The translations under genes and the position numbers were made by a program. Under the pieces are notes generated by a model that saw only the letters and a program-made list of their open reading frames with translations, was not told the DNA's origin and did no database searches. From positions 1-33,532 of the forward strand of contig JAFUZZ010000005.1 in NCBI GenBank assembly GCA_017476325.1: a stretch of 33,532 nt of DNA, given 5' to 3'. Shown here one piece after another: positions 32,663-33,532 of the stretch (position 1 is its first letter; the number at the start of each line of letters is the position of its first letter). The DNA is from a bacterium. GTDB lineage: Bacteria; Cyanobacteriota; Vampirovibrionia; Gastranaerophilales; Gastranaerophilaceae.

Positions 32663-33532
32663 TCATTCTACACATAAAATCGGACGTTTAGATACATTTT
32701 GATATGTATTAACGCAATTCGTATCCCAAGAACCGTCATTATAATAGCATACATTTCTTCCATCTGTAGCATCAACTCCTGTAGTCATATTATATACATA
32801 CTGAAAATTAGAATTTGGAACTCTATCTGATGTAAAGTAGGATGTACTTACTGCATTTAAATTTAAACCAGGTTGTTGATATTTATTTTCATATATTTCT
32901 TGCATTTCAGAAAGACTTGGCAAATGCATTCCTAAAGAGGTACAATAATTTTCCGCACCATCTACAAAATCAACTGTTGTTGATGAAACAGTTGGTTGGT
33001 AGGATTGAGTAGGTTCCGCAACATAATATTCCCCGACTTTATATGCCGTTGTTTCATTATTTCCTTGTTTAATTATCTTTCCGGCTACACAATCGTTTCC
33101 CGTTACATTATCCTTAAACACATTTCCGTCAGAGCATTTTGTACAAGTGCTTAACCCGTCAGTTTCCACACAATTTTGAGTACTTGCAGCTATACAATCA
33201 CCCGCCGCAAGTAAGTTTTCTGTTGTACACTTCGTGCACGTAGTTCCACTGTAGGTGTCACACGTGTTTTCTCTGATGTCTCGACAACTCGTTCCGTTAT
33301 TTTGATACCCGTTCTCACATTGTGAACACTCTCCGTTATCGTACGCCGTACAGTTGTTAATCAGTCCGTCAAAAAGTTTGTGATACGTCAAGATATATTT
33401 TCCGCAATCCAATCCGCCATCTATTGTTCCACAATACTCACTTTCGCCATGTGCAATCAGTCCATGGTCTGTCACAAGCATTCTGTACCTGTCTTTACCC
33501 GCACTGTTTGGTCGTTTATCTCCGTTTGTGTC
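32663..33532 (-). CDS. Cysteine-rich repeat protein with a C-terminal lectin-like (DUF1566-like) region; 5' end outside the window
   Basis: The reading frame is open to the window edge (no stop upstream of the M at 33481). Three C-x(3-7)-G-x(1-3)-C-[ST]-[QK]-C units are present. The motif YCTSLGMHLPSLSEMQEIY resembles the DUF1566/Lcl C-terminal signature as I recall it. Confidence 0.6.
   Translation of the reverse strand, partial: DTNGDKRPNSAGKDRYRMLVTDHGLIAHGESEYCGTIDGGLDCGKYILTYHKLFDGLINNCTAYDNGECSQCENGYQNNGTSCRDIRENTCDTYSGTTCTKCTTENLLAAGDCIAASTQNCVETDGLSTCTKCSDGNVFKDNVTGNDCVAGKIIKQGNNETTAYKVGEYYVAEPTQSYQPTVSSTTVDFVDGAENYCTSLGMHLPSLSEMQEIYENKYQQPGLNLNAVSTSYFTSDRVPNSNFQYVYNMTTGVDATDGRNVCYYNDGSWDTNCVNTYQNVSKRPILCVE

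Overview
This is an AT-rich bacterial chromosomal window (about one-third GC by eye). It holds roughly 30 protein genes and one tRNA. I saw no rRNA, CRISPR array, transposase or integrase. All calls rest on motifs read by eye from the ORF track and the DNA; no homology search was possible.

Recognisable core genes:
- rimM-trmD and nagZ
- a multi-ferredoxin [FeFe]-hydrogenase, adhE and ldh
- an orphan OppD/DppD-type ABC ATPase
- a class II CPD photolyase
- an iron-sulfur-flavoprotein-like FMN reductase
- a three-domain LplT/acyltransferase/acyl-activating fusion
- pheA with a divergent aminotransferase
- tRNA-Arg(CCG) and fusA

The gene content points to a fermentative anaerobic diderm. The GFTLAEVLITLGIIGVVAA pilin-like N-termini and the EF-G sequence remind me of Melainabacteria/Vampirovibrionia-type gut genomes. 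That attribution is an unverified impression.

Most worth follow-up:
1. A 396-aa protein (zinc ribbon, N/Q/G/R/Y-rich repeats, tandem HTH-like modules, lysine-rich tail) is translationally coupled to rimM-trmD. Its three 87-nt repeats differ only at synonymous sites.
2. A prepilin-like gene has its SD/ATG/MKKLFTR leader separated from the GFTLAE processing motif by a 211-nt out-of-frame repeat-containing insert.
3. A family of GC-rich mosaic palindromic (MITE-like) intergenic elements occurs at three loci. One copy has perfect 14-bp terminal inverted repeats and supplies the -35 of a consensus promoter in front of the hydrogenase gene.
4. A co-directional pair encodes a TM-anchored two-HKD PLD protein and a 586-aa protein with an embedded DEDDh exonuclease domain.
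5. A 711-aa membrane-anchored protein has a C-terminal HExxH...ExxAE module and sits next to the tRNA.
6. An XRE regulator and pilin-like gene module has two matching operator-like palindromes.

I cannot show that any of these is a defined new system. They are ranked hypotheses.
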